Shown here: piece after piece, positions 8,615 to 18,638 of the stretch
Numbering within the stretch: the stretch's first letter is position 1
Layout: every line of letters begins with the position of its first letter
NCBI GenBank assembly: GCA_031255715.1
Contig: JAIRRZ010000009.1
Coordinates: 1-56,252 of the forward strand
Direction: 5' to 3'
DNA: 56,252 nt
Source of the DNA: Puniceicoccales bacterium
GTDB lineage: Bacteria; Verrucomicrobiota; Verrucomicrobiia; Opitutales; LL51
Notes under the pieces: model-generated
Told to the model about the DNA's origin: nothing
Databases searched by the model: none
What the model saw: the letters and a program-made list of their open reading frames with translations, nothing else
Made by a program: the position numbers and the translations under genes

Positions 8615-9930
8615 GATGCTTTGACCACCGAAAAAACAAGTTCCGCCGAAGATACAACCTGACCATCTATTTTACATTCCGCCGATGCAACACCGATTTT
8701 ATCGCCGCGATATTTTATGATTTTCACGGAAATTTCTAATTGATCTCCCGGAGTCACCGGCTTTCGAAATTTTACTTTATCACAACTCATAAAATATGCT
8801 AGCCGTTGTTCATATTGGTAGCGTTTTAGCATTAGTATTCCTGCTGCCTGAGCCATTGCTTCGACCTGCAAAACCCCGGGCATAACCGGATGCCCTGGAT
8901 AATGCCCTACAAAATAGGGTTCGTTAATGGTTACATTTTTCACAGCTCGAAGTGAATTATCATCGATAAATTCTATTACGCGATCGATTAAAATAAAGGG
9001 ATAGCGATGGGGTAATGTATTTAGAATTCTTACAATATCAAAGGCCGTATTTCTCACGATCGAAGTTTTAAGTTCGGGTCTTTGCGCTATCGTTTTCGTA
9101 CCTTCCCGATGTTGTCTCCAAATTTCTTTTGCCAACTGGACGTTAAACGCATGGCCGGGGCGAATCGCAATAATATGACAACGTAAATCCATTCCCAAAA
9201 GTGCCATGTCTCCTATGATATCAAGCATCTTATGACGCACAAATTCATCGCTAAAGCGTAAAGGTTCTTTGGATAGAACCTGATCGCCTTTAATAAGAAT
9301 AGCCGAATCCAGACTTGCACCTTGAATTTTTCCGCATCGCAAAAGAGGTTCTATATCCTCATAAATCGCAAATGTTCTTGCCGGAGCAATATCACTTGTA
9401 TAACTTTCAGGATAAATGTCGAGTGACAAATGCTGAGTAAAAAGTCCCCGATCATCGGCTGAAGTACAGGTTATTTTGAACCCGTTATAGGGCAATGCGA
9501 TGAGTGAACGATTACCTTCGGTAACGGAAATAGGTGTGTGTAATTTAAAGACTTTCCGCTCGGCATCGAGTTCCATAGGTTCCGCTTCGTAAAGCAAATT
9601 GACATAAAATTTTGCCGATCCGTCGAGGATGGGTGGCTCTTCCGCATCAATTTCAATGAAGATATTGTCAATATGCAGGCCACTAAGGGCACTTAAAATA
9701 TGTTCAACGGTGTAAATTTGAATATCATTGGACGAAATTGTCGTACAGCGGATCAGATCTCCCACCATTTCCACTGATGGCCGTAATTCCGGCTTATTAT
9801 AAAGGTCGACGCGGCGAAAAACAATCCCCGTGTATGCAGGCGCTGGTTTGAAGACGAGCTTGACCGTTTTACCCGTATGAAGTCCGATACCCTGAATAGA
9901 AATTTCCTTCGAAATGGTACGCTGTCCCAT
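8611..9930 (-). CDS. lpxC/fabZ: Bifunctional UDP-3-O-acyl-GlcNAc deacetylase / 3-hydroxyacyl-ACP dehydratase (LpxC-FabZ fusion)
   Basis: N-terminal LpxC ([16 protein letters not shown].., [19 protein letters not shown]) is joined to C-terminal FabZ ([13 protein letters not shown].., [22 protein letters not shown]) in one 439-aa frame. Confidence 0.92.
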   Translation of the reverse strand: MGQRTISKEISIQGIGLHTGKTVKLVFKPAPAYTGIVFRRVDLYNKPELRPSVEMVGDLIRCTTISSNDIQIYTVEHILSALSGLHIDNIFIEIDAEEPPILDGSAKFYVNLLYEAEPMELDAERKVFKLHTPISVTEGNRSLIALPYNGFKITCTSADDRGLFTQHLSLDIYPESYTSDIAPARTFAIYEDIEPLLRCGKIQGASLDSAILIKGDQVLSKEPLRFSDEFVRHKMLDIIGDMALLGMDLRCHIIAIRPGHAFNVQLAKEIWRQHREGTKTIAQRPELKTSIVRNTAFDIVRILNTLPHRYPFILIDRVIEFIDDNSLRAVKNVTINEPYFVGHYPGHPVMPGVLQVEAMAQAAGILMLKRYQYEQRLAYFMSCDKVKFRKPVTPGDQLEISVKIIKYRGDKIGVASAECKIDGQVVSSAELVFSVVKAS

Positions 9931-9935
9931 AATTT

Positions 9936-11315
9936 TTAATGATTATGTAAAACCTTTTTCAAATGGCCCACATTGCGTTTAATAACTTCATCATGTTCCA
10001 TCATGTTTTCAACGGATTTGCAAGCATAAATCACTGTCCCATGGTCGCGACCCCCAAAAGCAAGACCAATATCGACGAGCGATTGACTCGTCAAAGATCG
10101 ACTCAAATACATCGCAATTTGCCGCGCCATAGCAATATTCGCTGGCCGCCGCTTCCCTAGTAAATCAGCTGTTTTTAAACTGTAAAACTCTGCCACTTTT
10201 TGCTGAATTATATCGATGGAAGGGCTGTTACTTACTGTCCCTCCATGAAATAAGTCCTTCATAAACATTTTGAGCGTAGGGATATCAATCTGTACCTTTG
10301 TCAGTTCCATGTAACTCGCAACGCGTATTAAAGCTCCCTCGAGTTGCCGTACGTTACTCGAAACATTCTCCGCCAAATAACTCAAAACATTGGGTTCAAG
10401 TATTATTTTCAAGTCCTTTGCCTTTTTGGCCAAAATCGCGATACGCGTTTCCAAATCCGGTGGCTGAATATCCGTTACTAATCCCCATTGAAATCGGGAA
10501 ACAAGGCGACTTTCTAACTTAGAAATTTCCGATGCAGGACGATCGCTACACAGAAAAATTTGCCTTTGCGCTTCAAATAATTCATTAAATGTGTAGAAAA
10601 ATTCCTCTTGAATGCGCTCTTTCCCCGAAAGAAAATGAATATCGTCCAGAAGAAAAACATCGATACTACGATATTTTTTGCGAAACTTGGCCATCGAATT
10701 AAGCTGAATGGCCTGAATAAACTCATTGGTAAACTTTTCCGTCGACGTGTAAACGACGCGCGCTTTCCTGTTTTTTAGAAGAATTTGGTGGGCTACGGCA
10801 TGCATAAGATGGGTCTTTCCCAGTCCCGTCGACCCATAGAGAAACAGAGGATTGTAGGCTTTTCCAGGAGCGTTAGCAATGGCAATGGAGGCAGCATGAG
10901 CCATCTGACTTCCAGGCCCAATAACAAAATTCTCAAAGGTGTTTTTGGGGTTTAAAATATACCCTTCTTCGATCTCGTAGGCCTTTTCATTGCCCAGATT
11001 TTTGGTAGCATTGTTTTCAGTTTTTGGCGAAGAAAAAAGATTGCCATCGTCATCGGTTTTCAGAGATATTTTAAGTGATTTTCCGAGGGCCATTTGCAAC
11101 TTTTGTGCAATCATATCCTTGTAATTGTCATTGATCCAAATAGCCGCAAAATCATTGGGAACACCGAGAACAATATGATCATCTTCCTCGCTGAGAAGCG
11201 ATAATTCTTCGAACCAATTCTGGTAAATATCACCCTGAAAGTCCCTTTTTAGTTCCGACTTCACAAAGCTTAATGCACCACTTACACTCGTCTGCTCAAT
11301 TACCATGTTATTCAC
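9936..11315 (-). CDS. dnaA: Chromosomal replication initiator DnaA
   Basis: AAA+ core [28 protein letters not shown], and C-terminal DNA-binding domain [30 protein letters not shown] at 11315 or ATG at 11306. Confidence 0.93.
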   Translation of the reverse strand: MNNMVIEQTSVSGALSFVKSELKRDFQGDIYQNWFEELSLLSEEDDHIVLGVPNDFAAIWINDNYKDMIAQKLQMALGKSLKISLKTDDDGNLFSSPKTENNATKNLGNEKAYEIEEGYILNPKNTFENFVIGPGSQMAHAASIAIANAPGKAYNPLFLYGSTGLGKTHLMHAVAHQILLKNRKARVVYTSTEKFTNEFIQAIQLNSMAKFRKKYRSIDVFLLDDIHFLSGKERIQEEFFYTFNELFEAQRQIFLCSDRPASEISKLESRLVSRFQWGLVTDIQPPDLETRIAILAKKAKDLKIILEPNVLSYLAENVSSNVRQLEGALIRVASYMELTKVQIDIPTLKMFMKDLFHGGTVSNSPSIDIIQQKVAEFYSLKTADLLGKRRPANIAMARQIAMYLSRSLTSQSLVDIGLAFGGRDHGTVIYACKSVENMMEHDEVIKRNVGHLKKVLHNH

Positions 11316-11571
11316 ATTCTACCTCCAGAATTTTCCATACTCACAGAGTTCTTTTATAGATCAAATAAGTCTTTGAACTTATCAATTAAAAAATTACTTC
11401 ATTTTTTTAGTATCACCAAGAATCGGCATAAACCCTAGAAAATTTGAACACGAAATTTTGCGAAAATTATTTCGAAAAGCTAAATTAATTGCGGAAAATA
11501 AAAATGATTTCGAAAAAACCTCCGTCAAAGATAAAAATATCCACAGGTTAATAACATTTCAATGTGAATAA
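11308..11571. promoter_or_regulatory. Candidate DnaA boxes / oriC region upstream of dnaA
   Basis: 8/9 matches to TTATCCACA: ttattcaca (11308-11316), atatccaca (11537-11545), tgtgaataa = ttattcaca on the other strand (11563-11571). They sit in a ~400-bp AT-rich non-coding stretch. Confidence 0.4.
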
Positions 11572-11736
11572 CTTTTCCATGGTCTCTGAAACTTAAGTCT
11601 TTAGGATTTGGATTATTTTTTTGTATCGTGAAATTGATAAAGTATATTTATGCCCTTGCCATAAAAGAAAAAATTTCTATTTGATCTTGAAGAAGTGTAT
11701 CCCCACAGGCTTCGCTTCATATCTTACAAGATTAGT

Positions 11737-12069
11737 CAGAGGGCTTTGCCCTCTGGACCCCCGCAAGGAGTTCGGACTCCTTGACCTCGATACGCGGCGA
11801 AGCCGCGGGCGGGGTCTCAGGACCCCGGTCATCCGGCACTTCGGGTGTTGCCCAAGGTGCCGGATGCAATCCAGGTCCAGGGGATGGATCCCCTGGCGGG
11901 GATTCCTAAGGGCGCGCAGCCCTTAGGGAGCCAAATATGGGACTCTGCCCCGCCCCATACCCCGCAAGGAGTTCGGACTCCTTGACCTCGATACGCGGCC
12001 AAACCATGCGAAACTTCGCATGGTTTGGCCGCACGGTCAATGCCCGCCCGCGGCTTCGCCGCGGGCGGG
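11737..12069. repeat. GC-rich mosaic palindromic element cluster, locus B (P6-P7-halfP2-P3-P4-P5-P8-P7-P1-P2)
   Basis: Hairpins: cagagggc-ttt-gccctctg (11737-11755); caaggagt-tcgg-actccttg (twice); atccggcac..gtgccggat (11831-11865); ccagggga-tgga-tcccctgg (11877-11896); cctaagggc-gcgca-gcccttagg (11905-11927); ggccaaaccatgcgaa-ac-ttcgcatggtttggcc (11997-12030); cccgcccgcggc-ttc-gccgcgggcggg (12043-12069). Confidence 0.9.
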
Positions 12070-12136
12070 ATAATCCAGGTAATCCAAAAAACAGATTGCA
12101 AGTTCTTGAATTTCCGCAAATTGGCAATAGCTGAGA

Positions 12137-12586
12137 ATGGAAGCAATCCAGGAATTATATCAGGAAATTATCATCGACCACAGTAATTGTCCACGGAATG
12201 AGGGAAAAATCGAAAATCCGACCCATATCGCCGAAGGTTATAATGCAACTTGTGGCGATGAATTGACCATTTCGTTATTAGTAAAGAATGAAATTATCGA
12301 AGATATAAAATTTCAAGCCCAAGGTTGTTCCATTTCTAGGGCTTCTGGATCCATGTTGACAGAAAAAATTAGAGGAATGTCCTTTAATGGAGCATTGAAG
12401 TTTTCTAATAATCTCCGAAAAGTGCTCAGCAATGATTTCTCGGAAACGTTCGATGAAAATGAAATGGGTGATCTCGTCGCATTACTAGGTATAAAACAGT
12501 TTCCCATGCGCATCAAGTGTGCTACATTGGCCTGGCATACTTTTGAAAACGCATTAAAAAATATCACAAAGAACATCGTGAATTGA
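12137..12586 (+). CDS. sufU: SUF-type Fe-S cluster scaffold SufU (NifU N-terminal family)
   Basis: LYQEIIIDHSNCPRNEG.., NATCGDELT.., GCSISRASGSMLTE.., FPMRIKCATLAWHTF: all three Cys ligand blocks, colinear with Bacillus SufU. Confidence 0.88.
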   Translation: MEAIQELYQEIIIDHSNCPRNEGKIENPTHIAEGYNATCGDELTISLLVKNEIIEDIKFQAQGCSISRASGSMLTEKIRGMSFNGALKFSNNLRKVLSNDFSETFDENEMGDLVALLGIKQFPMRIKCATLAWHTFENALKNITKNIVN

Positions 12587-12626
12587 TGAATTTTTAATAT
12601 ATTTTTTCGAGATACTGGAATGATTC

Positions 12627-13814
12627 CTAAGTGTTAGCCCATTGAAAATTGATTTTTTCAGGATTTGGGTGAACTCCTAGCGTTTCGGTTACTTCCTGAT
12701 TAATTATACAATAAAATTTGGGATATTGTACAGGAATATGTGCCATAGCAATTCGATAGCGACGATGTATGTTGACAATTTCAGCGGCGAGTTGCCCGCA
12801 TTCCCTGTATTTGGCAACCGTTCCCATAAGTGCACCGTCGCAAATCATACCCTCTTTTTCGCCAATCATCGCTATTTTTTCCTTACATCCGAAATCAGAA
12901 ATGACTTTACTATTTTCCGTAAATGGTGATCCTGAAGGAATATAAATCGCATCAAATGGAATGGAAGCTGATTGAATTTTTGTTAAAGCAAGAAAAATTT
13001 CTTTTTCATTGGTCACATCAAAACGCTCAACAATAATGCCAAATGATGGAGTAACGTCCTTGATCATACTTAATGTATCCAGACTATTCTGTTCCTGAGG
13101 ATTGACTAGAACAGCCAAATGTGTCACTTTCAAGACTTTTTGCATATTTTTGAGCTGCATGAACATGGGCGCCGCAACACCTACACCGGAAAAATTTCCC
13201 CCATCATTAATACTATTATGTCCCATATCATCTTCCACAAGTCCCGATTTTGCTGGATAGCCTACGGCATTAAAAACAATGGGGACCTTATTATTAACAT
13301 ATTCGCTGACAATCAATGACACACGTGTTCCAAAAGTGTAAATGTAATCATAATCTTCGCAATTGATTTCGAAATGTAGGGCTTGTCTAAGATGTTTTAA
13401 GTCGCGATCGGCATTGATTACCGTTAGTACAACCAGGTAGCCCATGGCCTTAAGAGCGGCTAAAAATCCCCGTTCCGCATCGGTTTCTCCATGCCATAGG
13501 ACCATTAAAACTTTAATCATCTTACTTTCACTCTGTTTCAGTGATTGCAAAATTTTTTCGTCACTGGTATTGGCGAAGATTGAATCCGTTTTTTCGCTGT
13601 CCTTTTTTTGAATAAGGGAAATATAATTTTCGGTGCAAAGCAAATCACGAAAATTCGATGACTGTTGACTCTGAGATTTCTGAGATAAAACAAAATTAAA
13701 TGTCCGAGGTGTTTTGGACCTATTTTTAATTTGCAAACCTTGATTTCCGTAAATTTCGTAAACCATTGTCAAAAAAACAAAAAACAATGAAAAATTTTTC
13801 ACCCACTTCCCCAT
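12627..13814 (-). CDS. ABC-transporter substrate-binding-like protein (ABC_sub_bind type) with N-terminal extension
   Basis: Signal-like MGKWVKNFSLFFVFLTMVY. Periplasmic-binding-fold pattern KVLMVLWHGETD.., YIYTFGTRVS.., PIVFNAVGYPAKSGLV.., NFSGVG.., HLAVLVNP. Start set at ATG 13814. Confidence 0.6.
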   Translation of the reverse strand: MGKWVKNFSLFFVFLTMVYEIYGNQGLQIKNRSKTPRTFNFVLSQKSQSQQSSNFRDLLCTENYISLIQKKDSEKTDSIFANTSDEKILQSLKQSESKMIKVLMVLWHGETDAERGFLAALKAMGYLVVLTVINADRDLKHLRQALHFEINCEDYDYIYTFGTRVSLIVSEYVNNKVPIVFNAVGYPAKSGLVEDDMGHNSINDGGNFSGVGVAAPMFMQLKNMQKVLKVTHLAVLVNPQEQNSLDTLSMIKDVTPSFGIIVERFDVTNEKEIFLALTKIQSASIPFDAIYIPSGSPFTENSKVISDFGCKEKIAMIGEKEGMICDGALMGTVAKYRECGQLAAEIVNIHRRYRIAMAHIPVQYPKFYCIINQEVTETLGVHPNPEKINFQWANT

Positions 13815-13858
13815 CGGGGCTGATGATAGAAAATTTCGTAATAAAATCAATAAGTATT

Positions 13859-16800
13859 TTACGCCTCTATGCGAAATGGAAGGGCTAAACTTTTAATTTT
13901 TTCGTAATTGAAATTACAATTTAATTGTTCGGAAACATTGCGCCGAATTTGGCTACCATCTTCGCATGTAAAAACTAAAACACTTTCCGTTATTCCCGAA
14001 TTATGGTAAATGTAATCCCAAATTTTATCGAGCAATATGGAATCTTGAGGATCAACAATCCAATGAACTTTTTTTATGATTTTAGCGAGAGTATTCCCCA
14101 TATTGGCGATTTCTTGCACAACAAATCGATCATCGTTTTCCATTTTTTTCCGATTGCCGTTTACCACGATAATATTTTCATCAATGAGTAGATGGCCATA
14201 TTTTTCAAAAACACCGGCAAAACAACTTAAAATAAGTTTTTCCGTCAACATTTCCAATTGGAAAGTCGCCCACAGACGGCTGTCCTTTTTGGTAATACGC
14301 TTCTCAACAAGCCCTACAACACCACACAATTGAAATTCAACTTCAATGGCTGCTACGGAAGATACCGAATTAACTTGATCCAGCACATCGCTATAGTCAT
14401 CCAAAGGATGGCCTGTAACATAAAAACCTAGTAACGTTTTTTCATAATTTAACTTTTCAGCTTTCAACAATACGGGCCCCGTTTGGTCGATGGCATTGGA
14501 AAGTAGAGGTGTTTCCGTTGCCAACATGTCAAATAGTTGGAATTGGCCCGCATCGCGGTCCTTTTGCAGCGATGACGCTTCCGACATCATTCGCTCCAGA
14601 ACTTGAGCTAAATGTAACCGATCGACACCAAATTCATCGAAGGCCCCACTGAAAATTAAACATTCTGCTACGCGTTTATTAATTATTCGTAAGTCAACTC
14701 GACTAATAAAATCGGAAAAATTTTTAAAATCACCGTTTCGCTCCCGCTCTCTGATAATATTTTCTGCGGCAATATCCCCTACACCTTTAATCGCGCCAAG
14801 GCCGAAACGGATACATTGCCGTTGATGATTAGGTGTAAAATTGTCAAACGATTGATTAATATCAGGTCCTAGTACGTCGATACGCATACGGCCGCATTCG
14901 GAAATAAAATAAGCTACCTTGTCCACATTGCCCAGTGCCGCAGATAACATCGCTGCCATGAACTCTACGGAATGATTGGCCTTAAGATAAGCCGTCTGAT
15001 AGGCAATAATAGCGTAGGCGATGGAATGGGATTTGTTAAATCCATAACCGGCAAATTTCTCCAGTATGGAAAAAATCTCCTCCGCTTTTTCCCTAGAGAT
15101 ATTGTTGTGTTTTCTAGCACCTTCAACAAAGACACTGCGCTGCGCATCCATGACTTCGACCTTTTTCTTTCCCATCGCACGTCGCAAAATATCGGCACCA
15201 CCAAGTGTGTAACCTGCGATGATACGGGCCGCTTCCATTACCTGTTCCTGGTAAATCAAAATGCCGTAGGTCTTTCGACAAACATCTTTTAAAAGTGGAT
15301 GAGGATATTTTATTTTTTGTGGATCTTTTTTCCCAGCAACATAATCGTTAATCCATTCCATGGGCCCAGGACGATAAAGAGCACTGATGTCGCTAATTTC
15401 TTCCACGCTGCGAATTTCCAAACGCTTGCAAAGGGAGCGCATTCCCGCCGATTCCCCCAGTTGAAAGACGCCAATGGTTTCACCATTATTGAGTAATTTA
15501 TAGGTGTTTTTGTCATCATAGGCGATGTTATTCATGGAAAATTCAGGATCGTATTTTTGAATAAAACGCTCGCTATCTGCAATGATAGTCAGCGTAGTTA
15601 GGCCTAAAAAATCCATTTTTAGCAAACCCAAATCCTCAACGGCTTCCTTGGCATATTGGGTAGTAAGTACCCCCTCTTGGAGCGTGATGGGTAACATATT
15701 TTCAACGATATCCTCCGTAATAATAATACCGGCGGCATGGGTACCGGTATTGCGAACTGTACCTTCAATAATTTTTCCATCTTCTAAAATTTTTCCAATC
15801 CTGGGATTGAGATGAATTTCTTGTTGCAATTCTTTAGATTTTTCCAAAGCAGCATCAATGGAAATATTGAGTTCGTCGGGAACCATTTTAGCAATGCGAT
15901 TAGCCTCAACATAGGGAATGTCGTTGACGCGGCAAAGGTCACGAATCACCATCTTCGCACCAAAGGTACCAAAAGTAATAATATTGCCGACATGGTCATT
16001 GCCATACTTTTTACGGACGTATTCGATAACTTCACCGCGGCGGCGCATGCAAAAATCGATGTCGAAATCGGGCGGCGATACGCGCTCCGGATTGAGAAAA
16101 CGCTCAAAAAGTAATCCGAATTTCATGGGATCCACATCCGTAATGCGAATCAAATAAGCAATAATTGAGCCCGCTCCAGATCCTCTTCCCGGACCAACCG
16201 GTATGCCCTGCGCCTTTGCCCAATCGATAAAATCCCAAACAATTAAAAAATAATCCACAAAACCAGTCTTTTTTAAGATCGATAGCTCGTAGTCCAAGCG
16301 ATTGCAAAGTATCCATTCCTGTGACTCTGCCACACGTTCCTGTGGATCGACGTACTCAATGGTATAGCGCATTTTTAGTCCTTCGATACACAATTTTTTG
16401 AGGTAATCGAAATTGGATTCCCGATAGGGTACTCTTTCAGGACTTCTGGAAAGAATTTCAGATTTTTCGACTTCCTTGGAAAGCCCAGCGGCTACGCCGC
16501 TGGGCTCTTCAAAAGGCCCGATCCCAAAGGGATCAGGCAACGAAGTTGCCTGCCCGGCACTTTGTGCCGGCCGGGCCTTTTGATCCGCCGGCCACGACCG
16601 TAGGTCGTGGCCGGCTCTGGGTCCAGGGGATTCATCTCCTGGCGAGGTCTGGGGCAGAGCCCCAGAAACTATTTCCTGTCCGGAATCTTCATTCTCTGAA
16701 CCTTCGCAAAAAATTGCCTCGGCTTCCGATATCGATCGAAAAATCGACACAGCTTGCCCAAATTCACGGACTGAATAATCTGATCCAAGGGATGGATCTA

Positions 16801-17779
16801 AAAAAGAACTACGAAAGTCCTGCCCCATTTGTTCCAAATTTTGGACGGAATGAACGAGAAAATCACTGGCTTCTTGCGAGGTCTGGGACGGTATCCCAGT
16901 CTCTACCTCAGAAAGTGATCGACGAAAGACCGGGAAATGATTTTCGCCGTAACGTAGGGTAAAATCACACATATCGGCAATAAGCTGCGTATGGTCGAGG
17001 CATTCGGAGTGATCGCTAAATATTCGTTCCATTTCTTCTCGGGATTTGATGTAGAGCTGGTGCGTACTCATACGGAAACGATTGGTATCGGTTACCTTGG
17101 CAACGGTTTGGATACACAATAGCTGGTCATGGGCCTCCCAATCTTCCTGGAAAACATAGTGGGAATCATTGGTTGCGACAGTTCTTATGTCATTTTTTTC
17201 GGCTAGATCAAAAAGTATGGGCAGAATAGTTTGCGATTCGGGCATACCATGGTCCTGGACTTCGATAAATAGGCGATCTTTGCCAAAAATTTTTATAAGC
17301 CAGTCGAGTCCTTTCTGAGCGGACTCGACATCATTTCGCAGTGCCATGGAAGAGAGATAACCTTGATAACACCCCGTTAAACAAATTAATCCTTCCCCAT
17401 GAGTTGCAATGGTTTGCCAATTTATGCGAGGTCGATAATAAAAACCTTTCGTATGGGAAAAAGAAACGAGTTTCGATAAATTTTTATATCCCACTTCGTT
17501 CATGACTAGGAGTCCCATGTGGTAGAGTGGAAATTTTTCTTTTAGAGTATAATCTTTATCGAAGGTCGTATAAAGCTCGCAACCAATAATGGGTTTGATG
17601 CCGAATTCTTTTGCATATTTGAAAAAATCGGGAACACCGAATAAATTACCGTGGTCAGTCATGGCGAGGGCATGCATACCCAATTCTTTTGCCCGTGCAA
17701 AGAGGCGATCCATGCGACAAGCTCCATCGAGCAAACTATAATCGGTGTGCACGTGTAGGTGAACAAAGTTTTTCGCCAT
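13859..17779 (-). CDS. dnaE: DNA polymerase III alpha subunit carrying an in-frame ~165-codon insertion
   Basis: PHP motif [15 protein letters not shown], palm/fingers [40 protein letters not shown]-like [27 protein letters not shown]. Start at ATG 17779 (MAKNFVHLH). Insertion at 16418-16921. Confidence 0.93.
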   Translation of the reverse strand: MAKNFVHLHVHTDYSLLDGACRMDRLFARAKELGMHALAMTDHGNLFGVPDFFKYAKEFGIKPIIGCELYTTFDKDYTLKEKFPLYHMGLLVMNEVGYKNLSKLVSFSHTKGFYYRPRINWQTIATHGEGLICLTGCYQGYLSSMALRNDVESAQKGLDWLIKIFGKDRLFIEVQDHGMPESQTILPILFDLAEKNDIRTVATNDSHYVFQEDWEAHDQLLCIQTVAKVTDTNRFRMSTHQLYIKSREEMERIFSDHSECLDHTQLIADMCDFTLRYGENHFPVFRRSLSEVETGIPSQTSQEASDFLVHSVQNLEQMGQDFRSSFLDPSLGSDYSVREFGQAVSIFRSISEAEAIFCEGSENEDSGQEIVSGALPQTSPGDESPGPRAGHDLRSWPADQKARPAQSAGQATSLPDPFGIGPFEEPSGVAAGLSKEVEKSEILSRSPERVPYRESNFDYLKKLCIEGLKMRYTIEYVDPQERVAESQEWILCNRLDYELSILKKTGFVDYFLIVWDFIDWAKAQGIPVGPGRGSGAGSIIAYLIRITDVDPMKFGLLFERFLNPERVSPPDFDIDFCMRRRGEVIEYVRKKYGNDHVGNIITFGTFGAKMVIRDLCRVNDIPYVEANRIAKMVPDELNISIDAALEKSKELQQEIHLNPRIGKILEDGKIIEGTVRNTGTHAAGIIITEDIVENMLPITLQEGVLTTQYAKEAVEDLGLLKMDFLGLTTLTIIADSERFIQKYDPEFSMNNIAYDDKNTYKLLNNGETIGVFQLGESAGMRSLCKRLEIRSVEEISDISALYRPGPMEWINDYVAGKKDPQKIKYPHPLLKDVCRKTYGILIYQEQVMEAARIIAGYTLGGADILRRAMGKKKVEVMDAQRSVFVEGARKHNNISREKAEEIFSILEKFAGYGFNKSHSIAYAIIAYQTAYLKANHSVEFMAAMLSAALGNVDKVAYFISECGRMRIDVLGPDINQSFDNFTPNHQRQCIRFGLGAIKGVGDIAAENIIRERERNGDFKNFSDFISRVDLRIINKRVAECLIFSGAFDEFGVDRLHLAQVLERMMSEASSLQKDRDAGQFQLFDMLATETPLLSNAIDQTGPVLLKAEKLNYEKTLLGFYVTGHPLDDYSDVLDQVNSVSSVAAIEVEFQLCGVVGLVEKRITKKDSRLWATFQLEMLTEKLILSCFAGVFEKYGHLLIDENIIVVNGNRKKMENDDRFVVQEIANMGNTLAKIIKKVHWIVDPQDSILLDKIWDYIYHNSGITESVLVFTCEDGSQIRRNVSEQLNCNFNYEKIKSLALPFRIEA
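16482..16666. repeat. String of GC-rich hairpin modules, locus C, inside the dnaE reading frame
   Basis: agcccagcgg-ctacg-ccgctgggct (16482-16506), gatccc-aaa-gggatc, ggcaac-gaa-gttgcc, ccggcac-tttg-tgccgg, ccggccacgacc-gt-aggtcgtggccgg, degenerate P4 ccagggga-ttca-tctcctgg, tctggggc-aga-gccccaga (16648-16666). No stop in the dnaE frame. Confidence 0.8.
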
Positions 17780-17892
17780 GGATCGATTATACGAATTCCT
17801 TCCAATATGGGTCAACGACAAAAATATTTTAATTATAAATTTTATATAAAAAGCTTTACGATATGTAAATTATTACTATAATCAATCCCATT

Positions 17893-18612
17893 ATGTGGGA
17901 TAAATATTACAAAAATTTGGGTATAATTTCTTGTTTATTGGGAGTAAGCTTATGCGAGATCAAAGCAGGAACAGCTATGAAATGCGACACTTTTTCATCT
18001 CAAGACGTTAAAACTTCACTAAAAATAAATGGCCCCTTGCAAACCTATGCAGCGATTACTGCTAAGGTGCAGGAGATGTTAAATAAAGTAAAAAATAATA
18101 TAGATTGGATCAATGATCTAACGGAAAGTATAAATGAAGCCTTAAAAAACCGACCTGAAGTCCGCCCCGATCTCTGCGCCCTAGAAGACAAAAGAAAGCA
18201 ATTAATTGACGCTTTTACTCGGTGCAATAAAGAAATAAAATATGAGCCTCAGGGAAATTGCAGTCCACTCGTTAATGCTATAAAAGATCTTAAAGAACTT
18301 CAGTTAGGTATCCAGGAATTTAAGATTACTACAGATAAACTTTTGGTAGTCATCCGTCAAATTATTCAAAAAAATCAATATACACCAGTAATTCAAAGTT
18401 GGTATAATAGTAAATTGGAACTGAAACTCATCGACCGACATGAAAATGAAATAGAGGAAACAATCAACCAAACCATTCAGATAGTCATTGTTTCTGTGGA
18501 AGCTTATAATGAAGCAGCCTATGAAGAACGTAATCGTGGCTCCTACACAACGCCATCTCATCGTTCGCTTACGCCGTTTTTTAATTCCTATATACAGACA
18601 ATGGATTGTTAA
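17893..18612 (+). CDS. Hypothetical secreted protein
   Basis: N-terminal hydrophobic LGIISCLLGVSLCEIKA, then helical Lys/Glu/Asn-rich sequence. No family recognised. Confidence 0.5.
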   Translation: MWDKYYKNLGIISCLLGVSLCEIKAGTAMKCDTFSSQDVKTSLKINGPLQTYAAITAKVQEMLNKVKNNIDWINDLTESINEALKNRPEVRPDLCALEDKRKQLIDAFTRCNKEIKYEPQGNCSPLVNAIKDLKELQLGIQEFKITTDKLLVVIRQIIQKNQYTPVIQSWYNSKLELKLIDRHENEIEETINQTIQIVIVSVEAYNEAAYEERNRGSYTTPSHRSLTPFFNSYIQTMDC

Positions 18613-18638
18613 TGGCGAAAATTCATTGCTCTTTCACA

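Noticed and set aside
11737-12069. CRISPR array (short GC-rich palindromic repeats)
   Set aside because: The repeated units are different palindromes concatenated without regular unique spacers. Copies are dispersed singly across the window, and no cas genes are present.
11621-12146. Four overlapping ORFs of 65-105 aa (both strands) inside repeat locus B
   Set aside because: They coincide exactly with the GC-rich palindromic modules, overlap each other in several frames, are Arg/Pro/Gly-rich, and have no start context. They are stop-poor GC-rich DNA rather than genes.
16418-16921. Intein in DnaE
   Set aside because: The insert lacks intein hallmarks: no Cys/Ser at the N-terminal junction, no block with TxxH, and no His-Asn plus Cys/Ser/Thr at the C-terminal junction. 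It is low-complexity and matches the hairpin repeat family instead.
16546-16962. 138-aa plus-strand ORF antisense to dnaE, and the 66-aa ORF at 56052-56252
   Set aside because: Both lie within GC-rich repeat sequence. The first is antisense to a well-supported essential gene. Composition explains the open frames.
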